Source: Bacteroidales bacterium (GTDB lineage Bacteria; Bacteroidota; Bacteroidia; Bacteroidales; WCHB1-69). Taken from it: DNA of 64,000 bases. The stretch spans positions 80,592-144,591 of the forward strand of contig JAGBPS010000024.1 in assembly GCA_017633255.1 (NCBI GenBank), given 5' to 3'. Numbering within the stretch: the stretch's first letter is position 1; the number at the start of each line of letters is the position of its first letter. Positions 1 to 14,328 of this stretch are shown here, piece by piece. The notes under the pieces are model-generated. The model was not told the DNA's origin. It did not search any database and saw only the letters and a list, made by a program, of their open reading frames with translations. Position numbers and translations under genes: made by a program.

Positions 1-4
1 CGGT

Positions 5-475
5 ATGGGCAAGAAGAATTACACCACCCTGGATGGAAACGACCAGCCATTGAGTTTCTTCCACATCCAAAATGGCGGCATCAGTTTTCACCAGCAGAAC
101 TTCCATCCCGAAGGGGAGCTGTCCATTCGGAAACCTATGGTGATTTGGTGGTTTTGGAACCAAGAAATATATTCTGCTGAACATACAAGCTCCCAATGGA
201 TGAATGCCTTCCAATGGGAATACACTGAACTGGATACTGTGGCTTTTAATAATCTGAAGGTTTTGGACAAAGACAGCGTTTTTTCAAAGAAGGAAAGAAA
301 GATTTTGAAGCAGTTCCCATTAGCTTATCACGGCTATGTTTTTACAGATAAAAAGCTGCAAAAATACTTCTCCAAAGCCAGTTGGTATATCCCCAATCCA
401 GCGTATAAGCCAGACCCTGCCACACTGACTGACAAGGAAAAAGAATGGATGAAATATTGGGGTCAAGGAAAGTAA
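5..475 (+). CDS. YARHG-like domain protein, probably a C-terminal fragment entering from the left window edge
   Basis: The frame is open from nt 2 with no upstream stop, so the Met at 5 may be internal. The C-terminal segment PLAYHGYVFTDKKLQKYFSKASWYIPNP resembles the YARHG-domain signature. Stop TAA at 473-475. Confidence 0.45.
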   Translation: MGKKNYTTLDGNDQPLSFFHIQNGGISFHQQNFHPEGELSIRKPMVIWWFWNQEIYSAEHTSSQWMNAFQWEYTELDTVAFNNLKVLDKDSVFSKKERKILKQFPLAYHGYVFTDKKLQKYFSKASWYIPNPAYKPDPATLTDKEKEWMKYWGQGK

Positions 476-498
476 AAGCAAGCACTAATATTTTTTCG

Positions 499-506
499 TA
501 TCTTTG
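499..506 (+). promoter_or_regulatory. Bacteroidota sigma-A type -7 box (TAnnTTTG), TATCTTTG
   Basis: Exact TAnnTTTG match 22 nt upstream of the ATG at 528. The same TATCTTTGCAG word recurs upstream of several other genes in the window. Confidence 0.5.
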
Positions 507-527
507 CAGGTTAAAGATTGAAATGGA

Positions 528-2363
528 ATGAAACTGTTCTATCGGCTTTTCCGGCACGTGTTCCCCTATAAGGCAGATATTGCTTTTATTCTGGTTTTCA
601 ATTTCTTATATTCCATTTTTTCGATTTTCTCCCTCTCGATGGTGGTGCCGTTTCTGTCTGTTTTGTTCGGTCAGACCGAGGCCGTGACGGTCAAGCCCAC
701 CTTCGAAATCTCCGCCGATTACATCATCAACACCTTTTATTATTACATGGGGCTGATTATCGAGGCGCACGGTTCCGTAGCTGCCCTGATTTACATTGCC
801 GGCACCATGGTAGTGCTGTCATTCCTGTCAAACCTCTGCCGCTACATGGGTATGTTTTTCCTGGCGGACATTCGCTGCGGCATCCTCAAACAAATACGAA
901 GTGAAATCTATCACCAGCTGCTGATTCTGCCGCTTTCGTTCTACTCCAAACAGCGCAAAGGCGATATCCTCAACCGCATGGGCGCCGACGTGCAGGAGGT
1001 GGAATGGTCGGTCATCAGCACCCTGCAATCCATCTGCCGCGACCCCTTCCTCATTGTGGTTTTCCTCATCGCCCTCTTCAGCATCAGCGCAAAACTCACA
1101 CTGATTTCATTAATTGTGTTGCCTATAGCGGGTTTCTTCATCGCCTCTATCGGTAAAAACATCAAGCAGAAATCTGTAAAAGCCCAACAACTGCTGGGAA
1201 AACTGAGTTCTATTTTCGAGGAAACCATCGGCGGACTGAGAATCGTCAAAGCCTATAACGCTATCGATTTCATGTCGGAGAAGTTCAAAGACGAGAATCA
1301 TGAATTTTACAGACTGAATAAGAAAATATACAGAATCAACGAGTTAGGTTCTCCCCTTGTGGAATTCCTGAGTGTGGCGGCCCTGATGCTGATTCTGTTC
1401 TTAGGCGGGGTATTCGCCCCCGAAAGTATGTTCAGCGGCGGACTCTTTGTGATGTACATCCTCGTTTTCGCCCGTATCATTCCGCCTGCCAAGGCTTTGG
1501 TCACCTCGGCTTACAATATCCAAAAAGGAATGGCTTCAGCGGAAAGAATCTATGAAATTATTGACGGTGAGGAAGTTATCGTAGAAGACGAGCAGCCCGT
1601 TTCATTAAAGGAATTTAAAGATAAGATTGAATACAAGCATGTAGGTTTCTCTTATAGCGGCACTACAACCGACGGCCATTACGATGTGCTGGAAGACGTG
1701 AATTTCACTTTGGAAAAAGGCAAAACCATCGCTCTGGTCGGGGCTTCCGGTGCCGGCAAATCCACCTTGGTGGACCTGCTACCCCGCTTTTATGATGTGT
1801 CGGCAGGCGAGATTATCTTGGATGGTATCAATCTTAAAAGATACAGAATCAGCGACTTGCGTGGTATTTTCGGCATTGTGAACCAGGATGTGATGCTGTT
1901 CAACGATACGGTTTACAACAACATCACTTTTGGCATGGACAACAAAAGCAAGGAAGAGGTGATCGAAGCTGCCAAAATCGCTCAGGCCCATGATTTTATC
2001 ATGGAGATGGAAGACGGCTACGACACCATTCTGGGCGACCGCGGCATGAGATTGTCCGGCGGCCAACGCCAGCGCATCAGCATTGCCCGTGCCCTGCTGA
2101 GCAACCCACAGGTGCTCATCCTCGACGAGGCCACCTCCGCCCTCGACACCGAGTCGGAATTCCTGTTCCAACAGGCGCTGGAAGTCTTGCTGAAAGACCG
2201 CACCGCCATCATCATCGCCCACCGTTTGTCGACCATCCGCAACGCCGACCAGATTCTCTTCGTGAAAGACGGCCATATCAGCGAACAGGGCACCCACGAC
2301 GAGCTGATGCAACAAAAAGGTGATTACTACCGTTTCTGTAATCTGCAACTGATGAAAAATTAA
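528..2363 (+). CDS. ABC transporter permease/ATP-binding fusion, MsbA-like lipid/drug exporter
   Basis: 611 aa. Hydrophobic six-helix N-terminal half, Walker A GASGAGKST, ABC signature LSGGQRQRISIARALL, Walker B VLILDEATSALD, H-loop IIIAHRLST. Confidence 0.9.
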   Translation: MKLFYRLFRHVFPYKADIAFILVFNFLYSIFSIFSLSMVVPFLSVLFGQTEAVTVKPTFEISADYIINTFYYYMGLIIEAHGSVAALIYIAGTMVVLSFLSNLCRYMGMFFLADIRCGILKQIRSEIYHQLLILPLSFYSKQRKGDILNRMGADVQEVEWSVISTLQSICRDPFLIVVFLIALFSISAKLTLISLIVLPIAGFFIASIGKNIKQKSVKAQQLLGKLSSIFEETIGGLRIVKAYNAIDFMSEKFKDENHEFYRLNKKIYRINELGSPLVEFLSVAALMLILFLGGVFAPESMFSGGLFVMYILVFARIIPPAKALVTSAYNIQKGMASAERIYEIIDGEEVIVEDEQPVSLKEFKDKIEYKHVGFSYSGTTTDGHYDVLEDVNFTLEKGKTIALVGASGAGKSTLVDLLPRFYDVSAGEIILDGINLKRYRISDLRGIFGIVNQDVMLFNDTVYNNITFGMDNKSKEEVIEAAKIAQAHDFIMEMEDGYDTILGDRGMRLSGGQRQRISIARALLSNPQVLILDEATSALDTESEFLFQQALEVLLKDRTAIIIAHRLSTIRNADQILFVKDGHISEQGTHDELMQQKGDYYRFCNLQLMKN

Positions 2364-2374
2364 AAACTATCAAT

Positions 2375-2938
2375 ATGAGCATTTTAGAACTGATTCTACT
2401 CTCAATCGCACTGGCCATGGACTGCTTCGCGGTCAGTTTTTCCGCAGGAGGACTGCAAAAGGAACTGCGTTTGCGGCACGCCCTGGTCATCGGCTCCTTC
2501 TTCGGTCTCTTTCAAGGCATGATGCCGCTGATCGGCTATTTCGGAGGACAAGCGGTAGTAAGCTATGTCGAGCGCTTCGGCCACTGGATTGCCTTTGGCA
2601 TTCTGCTGATACTCGGACTCAAGATGATGTTTGAAGCCCTGCGCCCCGAAAAGGGAGGGAAAGGCCTGAACATCATGAAACCCACCACTTTATTGGTGCT
2701 GTCCATTGCCACCAGTATCGACGCACTGGCTGTCGGTTTCAGTTTTTCCATGCTGGATGTCAGAATCTGGATTGCCGTGCTGATTATCGGCATCGGCTCC
2801 TTCCTGTTCTCGGTTGGAGGTTTTTACATGGGCAAGTTCCTGTCCAGCCGTCTCAAACCCACCTACGCCGAAATACTGGGTGGTGTGATTCTCATCATCA
2901 TCGGTATCAAGATTCTGATTGAGCACTTAAATATGTAA
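2375..2938 (+). CDS. mntP: Manganese efflux pump MntP family
   Basis: 187 aa, six hydrophobic segments. N-terminal LSIALAMDCFAVSFSAG and a second SIDALAVGFS half-repeat with HWIAFGILLILGLKMM, as in MntP. Confidence 0.85.
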   Translation: MSILELILLSIALAMDCFAVSFSAGGLQKELRLRHALVIGSFFGLFQGMMPLIGYFGGQAVVSYVERFGHWIAFGILLILGLKMMFEALRPEKGGKGLNIMKPTTLLVLSIATSIDALAVGFSFSMLDVRIWIAVLIIGIGSFLFSVGGFYMGKFLSSRLKPTYAEILGGVILIIIGIKILIEHLNM

Positions 2939-2969
2939 TTTATTATTAACCAATTAAATCAATACAAAA

Positions 2970-3566
2970 ATGTCAAAAACTGTAAAAATCTTAATCTTTG
3001 TCGGTATTCTTGCCGTGATAGTCTTTTGGGCTGTCGGTATTTACAACAACATGGTCAAATTGGACGAAGAGACCCAGCAGGCATGGGCTCAGGTAGAGAA
3101 CGTCTATCAGCGTCGTGCTGACCTCATCCCCAACTTGGTGAAGACGGTACAAGGTGCCGCCGAATATGAAAAGGGCACACTGGAAGGTGTGATTGAAGCC
3201 CGTTCGAAAGCCACTTCCGTGCAGGTTGACCCCACCAAATTGACCGAAGAAAACATCGCCGCTTTCCAGCAGGCACAGGACCAGTTGAGCTCCGCCCTCA
3301 GCCGCTTGATGGTCGTGGTGGAACGCTATCCTGAGCTGAAAGCCAACCAGAACTTCCTGGAACTGCAAGCGCAGTTGGAAGGCACCGAAAACCGTATCGT
3401 TGTGGAACGCAAGAAATTCAACGAAGTGGTGCAGAAATACAACACCTCTATCCGCCGCTTCCCGAACAACATTTTTGCTGGCATGTTCGGATTCGACAAG
3501 AAAGGCTATTTCCAAGCTAAAGAAGGTGCCGATGTGGCTCCCGATGTAGAATTTAATTTTGATTAA
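2970..3566 (+). CDS. LemA family protein
   Basis: 198 aa. N-terminal TM anchor, then YNNMVKLDEETQQAWAQVENVYQRRADLIPNLVKTV, which is characteristic of LemA. The stop overlaps the next ATG (TAATG). Confidence 0.85.
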   Translation: MSKTVKILIFVGILAVIVFWAVGIYNNMVKLDEETQQAWAQVENVYQRRADLIPNLVKTVQGAAEYEKGTLEGVIEARSKATSVQVDPTKLTEENIAAFQQAQDQLSSALSRLMVVVERYPELKANQNFLELQAQLEGTENRIVVERKKFNEVVQKYNTSIRRFPNNIFAGMFGFDKKGYFQAKEGADVAPDVEFNFD

Positions 3567-4402
3567 TGAAAAAAGTCCTTTTATTCTGTCTTACTCTCTG
3601 TTGCTCTGTCTTACTGTGGGCACAGATTCCGCCGCAACCCGACCCGCCGCGTTTGGTCAACGACTATGCAGGCGTGTTGACAAGCGAGCAGGTGAACGAA
3701 TTGGAGCACCGTTTGGTGGCCTTCAACGACAGCACCTCGAACGTGATTTGCGTAGTGATTGTCAACGATTTGGGCGACTACAGCGCCGCGGAATTTGCCT
3801 ACGAGATTGGCGACCAGTGGGGAGTTAAGGATAAAAAATTCAATAACGGGGTGGTTATCCTCATCAAACCCTCCAGCGCCAAGGGCGGTGACGGTGACAT
3901 TTTCATCGCCACCGGCTATGACCTGGAGGGGGTGCTGCCTGATGCAGCCTGCAAGCGCATCATTGAGCAGCAGTTCATCCCCGAACTAAAGCAGGGTAAC
4001 TATTATGAGGCTCTGGTCAAGGGACTGGATGTCATCTTGCCCGCAGTAGCTGGCGAAATCAACGTGGCCCGTGAGGATGGTGAGGGAGACGAGGCGTTTC
4101 TTGCCGGCTTCGTCTTTTTCCTCTTCATCATGGTTATTATTCTGATTGTCTCGGCCTCCAGGTCATCCCACAACCGCAAAGGTGGCAAGGGCTCTGGCAA
4201 TGGCAACGGCAACGACGAAGATCTTCTCAACGCCATATTCTGGGGTTCCCTCTTGAGCAACGGTAACCGAGGAGGCAGTGGATACAGCGGTAGCAGCGGC
4301 TTCGGAGGTGGTTTCGGAGGTGGTAGTTTTGGTGGCGGCGGCTTTGGCGGATTCGGCGGTAGCGGCGGATTCGGTGGTGGTGGAGCAGGCGGGAGGTTCT
4401 AG
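3566..4402 (+). CDS. TPM (YgcG-like) domain protein with TM segment and Gly-rich tail
   Basis: 278 aa. Signal peptide, TPM-like core (VNDYAGVLTSEQVNELEHRLVAFNDSTSNVICVVIVNDLGDYSAAEFAYEIGDQWGV), one TM helix and a GGFGG-rich C-terminus. Translationally coupled to the lemA-family gene. Confidence 0.8.
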   Translation: MKKVLLFCLTLCCSVLLWAQIPPQPDPPRLVNDYAGVLTSEQVNELEHRLVAFNDSTSNVICVVIVNDLGDYSAAEFAYEIGDQWGVKDKKFNNGVVILIKPSSAKGGDGDIFIATGYDLEGVLPDAACKRIIEQQFIPELKQGNYYEALVKGLDVILPAVAGEINVAREDGEGDEAFLAGFVFFLFIMVIILIVSASRSSHNRKGGKGSGNGNGNDEDLLNAIFWGSLLSNGNRGGSGYSGSSGFGGGFGGGSFGGGGFGGFGGSGGFGGGGAGGRF

Positions 4403-4496
4403 CCTACCCCATACCATCCACACAGGCCCCACACTACGCGACTGCGTCGCTTATGTGGGGTTATTGAAATGACGTGTCTTCGACACTTTAGAGGAA

Positions 4497-4530
4497 TAAA
4501 AAAAAGACGCTCGAAAGCGTCTTTTTTTTA
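4497..4530. terminator. Bidirectional rho-independent terminator
   Basis: Stem AAGACGCT (4504-4511), loop CGAA, stem AGCGTCTT (4516-4523). An A-run precedes it and a T-run follows, between convergent genes. Confidence 0.75.
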
Positions 4531-5142
4531 GTGTATCCTTAATGTCTGCTTGATCTTCGAGGTGAGGATGTCAATGCCTTTTTCGTTGTGCCCGCCCACG
4601 GGGATGATGATGTCGGCCAGTTTCTTGGTCGGCTCGATAAACGACTCGTGCATCGGCTTGACATAGGTGCGGTAGTGGCGGATGGACTTGTCCAGCCCGC
4701 GGCCACGCTCGTTGACATCGCGCTGGATGATGCGAATCAAGCGCTCGTCAGACTCGGTATCCACATACACCTTCAAATCCAAGGTGTTGCACAAGGTTTC
4801 ATTCGTGAAAATCAGGATGCCTTCCACAATCAACACTTCCGCTGGCTTGACAGGAATGGTTTCCGTGCCCCGACGGCAAGTGACATACGAATAAGTCGGC
4901 ATCTGGACAGTCTTACCTTCCTTCAGCTCTTCAATCTGTTGAATCATCAGCGGCCATTCAATAGCGGACGGATGGTCGAAATTGATTCTCTCGCGCGCCT
5001 CCTGGGAAATGTCGCCCTGATCCTTATAGTAAGCGTCCTGCGACAAAACAGCAACCCTCTCTTGGGGGAGAGACTTGATGATTTTTTTTACTACTGAAGT
5101 TTTTCCGGAACCGGACCCACCGGCAATGCCAATGACTAACAT
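4528..5142 (-). CDS. udk: Uridine kinase
   Basis: P-loop IGIAGGSGSGKTS directly after Met at 5142, then the uridine kinase core (NFDHPSAIEW, YVDTESDERLIRIIQRD). The longer track ORF (to 5244) runs into the tRNA-Gln gene, so the start is trimmed to MLVIGIAGG. Confidence 0.9.
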   Translation of the reverse strand: MLVIGIAGGSGSGKTSVVKKIIKSLPQERVAVLSQDAYYKDQGDISQEARERINFDHPSAIEWPLMIQQIEELKEGKTVQMPTYSYVTCRRGTETIPVKPAEVLIVEGILIFTNETLCNTLDLKVYVDTESDERLIRIIQRDVNERGRGLDKSIRHYRTYVKPMHESFIEPTKKLADIIIPVGGHNEKGIDILTSKIKQTLRIH

Positions 5143-5158
5143 GTGGGGAGAAATTTTG

Positions 5159-5230
5159 TTGCCCAAGGAGGACTCGAACCTCCAATGACAGGACCAGAAT
5201 CTGTAGTGTTGCCAATTACACCATTGGGCA
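5159..5230 (-). tRNA. tRNA-Gln (anticodon CTG)
   Basis: Hand-folded cloverleaf from the reverse complement: acceptor TGCCCAA/TTGGGCA (U1-A72), D stem GTGT/ACAC, anticodon loop TTCTGGT, T arm GGAGG-TTCGAGT-CCTCC. There is one A-C mismatch at the base of the anticodon stem. Confidence 0.85.
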
Positions 5231-5241
5231 TTTTCGAGTTG

Positions 5242-5249
5242 CAAAAATA
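5242..5249 (-). promoter_or_regulatory. -7 box TATTTTTG (minus strand) in front of tRNA-Gln
   Basis: Plus-strand CAAAAATA is an exact TAnnTTTG on the minus strand, 12 nt upstream of the tRNA 5' end. Confidence 0.5.
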
Positions 5250-5357
5250 CAACTTTTTTTTGTTGACTGAAACAGAAAAAATCATTTTTTTACAACTTTT
5301 TATTTGTCATTCTATCAGCATTTTAGATTATCAGATAGAAATTTTTTCTCAAAAACA

Positions 5358-6083
5358 CTAATTTCTCTTGCCAAAAATTCGCAGTAAATAGATGAACAGG
5401 TTGATAAAATCAAGATAAAGGCTCAGTGCTCCCATGATGGTCATTTTGCGTCCTTCCTCCGTCTCCTCAAGGGTGAGGGCGCTCATATCTTTCAGCTTCT
5501 GCGTGTCGTAAGCGATCAGCCCGATGAAAATGAACACACCGGCGTAGGTGGTAATCCAGTAAATCCATGTACTATGAATAAACAAATTGACCAAAGTGGC
5601 TATGATCAGTCCTACCAAAGCCATAATCAAAATGCTGCCCCACTTGGTCAAATCCTGCTTGGTGAAATATCCAAACAGCGACATGGCCGCGAAAGTACCG
5701 GCGCAAATAAAGAAAGTGGAAGCGATAGAACTGGAGGTATAAACCAAAAACAGCGGAGCCAGTGTGATGCCGTTCAGAATGGAATATATCAGGAAAGTAA
5801 GTGTGCAGGCAAACAGTGACATCTTTTCCACCCTGGCCGAAAGCGTCGCCACCAACAGCACTTCAGCAATCAGCAGGAAAATAAAAAAGCTAGTATGCGT
5901 AACGAAAAAGTTCAGCAGCGGCTCAAAATGCACAACAAACATAGACGTGAAACCTGTAACCGCCAGTGCAAAGCACATCCAGCCATACACTTTCACCATA
6001 AAACGCTGATTGGCTTCCGCCAACTCAAAATCCGTAACATTAACGGGTCTTTCTTCTGTGTTAAAATAGGCATCCATTATCAT
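5358..6083 (-). CDS. Bax inhibitor-1/YccA family membrane protein
   Basis: 241 aa, seven hydrophobic segments. Typical BI-1 stretches (FMVKVYGWM, MSLFGYFTKQDLTKWGSIL, AYDTQKLK, ALSLYLDFINLF). Confidence 0.85.
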   Translation of the reverse strand: MIMDAYFNTEERPVNVTDFELAEANQRFMVKVYGWMCFALAVTGFTSMFVVHFEPLLNFFVTHTSFFIFLLIAEVLLVATLSARVEKMSLFACTLTFLIYSILNGITLAPLFLVYTSSSIASTFFICAGTFAAMSLFGYFTKQDLTKWGSILIMALVGLIIATLVNLFIHSTWIYWITTYAGVFIFIGLIAYDTQKLKDMSALTLEETEEGRKMTIMGALSLYLDFINLFIYLLRIFGKRN

Positions 6084-6214
6084 TTAATTTTTGGAAGTGC
6101 AAAGATACAAAAAATAATGTGCCAATTAGTTAATGTGCTAATATGCCAATTTTTTAAGGAAGAATCTGGCTTTGCCCAAGGAAATCTCACTTCACTGGTT
6201 ATTCTAATTTTTGC

Positions 6215-6222
6215 TATCTTTG
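6215..6222 (+). promoter_or_regulatory. -7 box TATCTTTG
   Basis: Exact TAnnTTTG 19 nt upstream of the ATG at 6241. Confidence 0.5.
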
Positions 6223-6240
6223 CATTTGTAATTAGATATT

Positions 6241-7533
6241 ATGAAAAACAAACTGATATTTATAGGCCTGCTGATGACAATAACTGGGCTGTGCATGGCG
6301 CAGGTGTGCGGTTGCACCGACTCATTGGCCATCAACTACGACACCAACGCCACCATCAACGACGGCAACTGCGAATACGAGGCTGTTATGATCGATATTA
6401 CAGAAATAGGCATGCTGGACTCGCTGCTGGATGGATCGTCCTCGCTCTTCTTTTGGAATAACGGCTACTGGACTTTCAATGACCACAACGACAACTGCCT
6501 CTACCGGATTGACAGCACCAACGCAACCACCACGGAAAGCCTCTGTATCAATGGTATCAGTAGTGACGACATAGAAGAGATATCGCAAGACAGTCTCTAT
6601 TTGTATTTTGGCGATATAGGCAATAACAGAGGAAGCCGGCGCGACCTCCATATCCTGAGAATCAGCAAGGAATCCATTCTGAATCATACATTCGCAGTGG
6701 ATACCATCGCATTTTATTACGAAGACCAGACCGACTTCTCCCCGCAACCGCAAAGTACTGACTTCGATTGTGAGGCCTTTGTTGTTTCCCGCGACAGCAT
6801 CTATCTCTTCACCAAGCAATGGGTCTCGAATCAAACCACTTTATACAGTCTTCCCAAAACCCCGGGCACACATATCGCACACCGGCACGAAACCTACAAT
6901 GCCAACGGACTAGTCACTGGTGCGGCCTATCTGCCCGAATATCAGTTGGCCGTCCTTTGCGGCTATGATTATGCTACCGAAAACATGCTGTCCGCTCTTC
7001 ATCCTTTTATTGTATTGCTTTATGATTTTCAAGCTGAAAAGTTCTTCTCAGGCAATAAGCGGCGACTGGATTTCGATTATTTGATAAGGGCGCAAGTGGA
7101 AGCCATTGCCACACATAACGGCTTGGATTACTATATCACCAGCGAGCATTTCACGGCTTCCGTCATGGGTTTCAACATTAACTCACCCGCCAAATTAATG
7201 CGACTGGATTTGCGCGATTATCTCCTTCCCTATCTGAGCAAATTCGACACGTCCGATAATCAGAATACTATACAAATTTCTCATCGGCAAGCGGACGCTA
7301 TTCACATCTACCCCAATCCCGCCACGGACCGGTTGTACATTCAATGTTCACAAACTCTTTCGGGTGCGGAATACGAAATCTTCAACCTCAATGGTCAGCT
7401 AATGATGGAAGGCATTTTAAAAGACAATATTATTTATCTGAATAATAGAAATTTAGCTGCCGGAAAATACATTTTGGTCCTTCGGCAAAATGAGGAAATG
7501 AAGACTTTCAGCTTTATCAAAAAGGAAGAGTAA
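6241..7533 (+). CDS. Secreted protein of unknown function with T9SS C-terminal sorting domain
   Basis: 430 aa. Signal peptide MKNKLIFIGLLMTITGLCMAQ, a Cys-framed motif CGCTDSLAINYDTNATINDGNCEY, and a C-terminal Por_Secre_tail-like IHIYPNPATDRLYIQ...YILVL segment. Confidence 0.75.
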   Translation: MKNKLIFIGLLMTITGLCMAQVCGCTDSLAINYDTNATINDGNCEYEAVMIDITEIGMLDSLLDGSSSLFFWNNGYWTFNDHNDNCLYRIDSTNATTTESLCINGISSDDIEEISQDSLYLYFGDIGNNRGSRRDLHILRISKESILNHTFAVDTIAFYYEDQTDFSPQPQSTDFDCEAFVVSRDSIYLFTKQWVSNQTTLYSLPKTPGTHIAHRHETYNANGLVTGAAYLPEYQLAVLCGYDYATENMLSALHPFIVLLYDFQAEKFFSGNKRRLDFDYLIRAQVEAIATHNGLDYYITSEHFTASVMGFNINSPAKLMRLDLRDYLLPYLSKFDTSDNQNTIQISHRQADAIHIYPNPATDRLYIQCSQTLSGAEYEIFNLNGQLMMEGILKDNIIYLNNRNLAAGKYILVLRQNEEMKTFSFIKKEE

Positions 7534-7544
7534 TTTTTTAAAAT

Positions 7545-7742
7545 CGCAGATTTTTTTCCATAGAATCGCAGATTTTTTTCTTTAAATTTGAAGATTTTTT
7601 ATTGCAAATTCGCAGATTATATTTTATAAAATTGAAGATTTTTTATCATAGATTCGTAGATTTAATTTTATAAAATCGCAGATTTTTTTATTTATATTTG
7701 AAGATTTCTTGTCGTAGAATCGCAGATTTTTAATATCTTTGC
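7545..7742. repeat. Nine-unit tandem array with exact 22-bp period
   Basis: The core hexamer CGCAGA/TGAAGA/CGTAGA followed by a T-run starts at 7545, 7567, 7589, 7611, 7633, 7655, 7677, 7699 and 7721, always 22 bp apart. The last unit overlaps the -7 box of the downstream gene. Confidence 0.85.
7734..7741 (+). promoter_or_regulatory. -7 box TATCTTTG
   Basis: Exact TAnnTTTG 22 nt upstream of the ATG at 7763, inside the last 22-bp unit. Confidence 0.5.
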
Positions 7743-7762
7743 AGCGTCTAATACAATAAGTT

Positions 7763-12780
<5,018 letters not shown>

Positions 12781-12840
12781 GCATTGATTAATTTTGTATT
12801 TTTGCCGCCGTATTTATTTATGAATTTAAACAGAATTAAA

Positions 12841-14250
12841 ATGACTGATTACGAATTGAAGTACAGAGTCGCCGACATGAGTCTGGCGGAATGGGGACGC
12901 AAAGACATTGAGGTTTCCCAAAAAGAAATGCCCGGTTTGATCGCTTTGCGCGAGAAATACGGAGACAGCAAACCCCTGAAAGGTGTCCGTATCACCGGCT
13001 CCCTGCACATGACCATCCAAACTGCAGTACTTATCGAGACTCTGGTGCATTTGGGCGCCGAGGTGAGATGGTGCAGTTGCAATATTTTCTCCACTCAGGA
13101 CCACGCCGCCGCTACCATCGCCGCTACAGGCGTGTCCGTTTTCGCATGGAAGGGTGAATCGCTGGAAGACTACTGGTGGTGCACCAACCAGGCCCTCTCC
13201 TTCCCCGGTGGCAAAGGTCCCAACCTCATCGTGGACGACGGTGGCGACGCTACCCTGCTGATTCACACTGGCTTCAAGGCCGAAGAGGATGCCTCCATCC
13301 TGGATAAGACTCCCGAATCGCACGAACAGTCTGTGGTTTTCAATACTTTGAAAGAATTACTGAAAGAAGACCCGCAGCGCTGGCACAAGATGATCAAGGA
13401 CATCAAGGGTGTGTCTGAAGAAACCACCACGGGTGTTCATCGTCTGTACCAGATGATGGAACAAGGCGAGCTGCTCTTCCCCGCCATCAATGTGAACGAC
13501 TCAGTGACCAAATCGAAATTCGACAACAAATACGGTTGCCGCGAGTCTTTGGCCGACGGTATCAAACGTGCCACCGACATCATGCTGGCCGGCAAGGTGG
13601 TTGTGGTTTGTGGATACGGAGATGTGGGCAAAGGCTGCGCCCAGTCCATGAAGTCCTATGGTGCCCGTGTCATCGTGACCGAGGTCGATCCTATCTGCGC
13701 TCTGCAAGCCGCCATGGAAGGCTATGAGGTTAAGACCGTTGAAGACGCCCTCGACGAAGGCAATGTGTTTGTCACCTGCACTGGCAACTGCGATGTGATT
13801 ACCGTTGACCACCTCAACAAGATGAGAGACCATGCCATCGTGAGCAACATTTGCCATTTCGACAACGAAATACAAGTGAGCGCCTTCGAGAAACAGGCCA
13901 ACATCACCAAACGCACCATCAAGCCGCAGGTTGATGAGTACATCTTCCCCGATGGACATTCTATTTTCATCCTGGCCGAAGGCCGTTTGGTGAACCTGGG
14001 TTGTGCCACCGGCCACCCCTCCTTCGTGATGAGCAACTCTTTCACCAACCAAGTGATGGCCCAGCTGGATCTGTGGCAGCACAACTACAAAGTGGGCGTT
14101 TACAACCTGCCCAAAGAACTTGACGAGGAAGTGGCCCGCTTGCACCTGTCCAAAATCGGTGTCAAGCTGACAAAGCTCACGCAAAAACAGGCCGATTACA
14201 TCGGCGTGTCTGTCAATGGTCCTTTCAAGAGTGACTTGTATCGCTACTAA
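12841..14250 (+). CDS. ahcY: Adenosylhomocysteinase
   Basis: Start trimmed to [33 protein letters not shown]. Conserved SAHH stretches are present ([47 protein letters not shown] site, HFDNEI). Confidence 0.93.
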   Translation: MTDYELKYRVADMSLAEWGRKDIEVSQKEMPGLIALREKYGDSKPLKGVRITGSLHMTIQTAVLIETLVHLGAEVRWCSCNIFSTQDHAAATIAATGVSVFAWKGESLEDYWWCTNQALSFPGGKGPNLIVDDGGDATLLIHTGFKAEEDASILDKTPESHEQSVVFNTLKELLKEDPQRWHKMIKDIKGVSEETTTGVHRLYQMMEQGELLFPAINVNDSVTKSKFDNKYGCRESLADGIKRATDIMLAGKVVVVCGYGDVGKGCAQSMKSYGARVIVTEVDPICALQAAMEGYEVKTVEDALDEGNVFVTCTGNCDVITVDHLNKMRDHAIVSNICHFDNEIQVSAFEKQANITKRTIKPQVDEYIFPDGHSIFILAEGRLVNLGCATGHPSFVMSNSFTNQVMAQLDLWQHNYKVGVYNLPKELDEEVARLHLSKIGVKLTKLTQKQADYIGVSVNGPFKSDLYRY

Positions 14251-14276
14251 AATCTTCAAAATTATTGCATAAAAAA

Positions 14277-14309
14277 AGAGGATGACTAAAAATAGTCATC
14301 CTCTTTTTT
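14277..14309. terminator. Bidirectional rho-independent terminator
   Basis: 11-bp perfect stem AGAGGATGACT (14277-14287) / AGTCATCCTCT (14294-14304). An A-run precedes it and a T-run follows, between convergent ahcY and the giant ORF. Confidence 0.8.
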
Positions 14310-14328
14310 GTTTGTGATTACTAGAAGT

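Noticed and set aside
5143-5244. N-terminal extension of the udk ORF (MQLENAQWCNWQHYRFW...) as given in the ORF track.
   Set aside because: The extension is the reverse-strand reading of the tRNA-Gln gene. The kinase P-loop starts immediately after the internal Met at 5142.
7545-7742. The AT-rich 22-bp array as a chromosomal replication origin.
   Set aside because: I found no DnaA-box-like TTATCCACA/TGTGGATAA words in or near the array, and dnaA/dnaN are not adjacent. dnaG at 51894 is not an origin marker.
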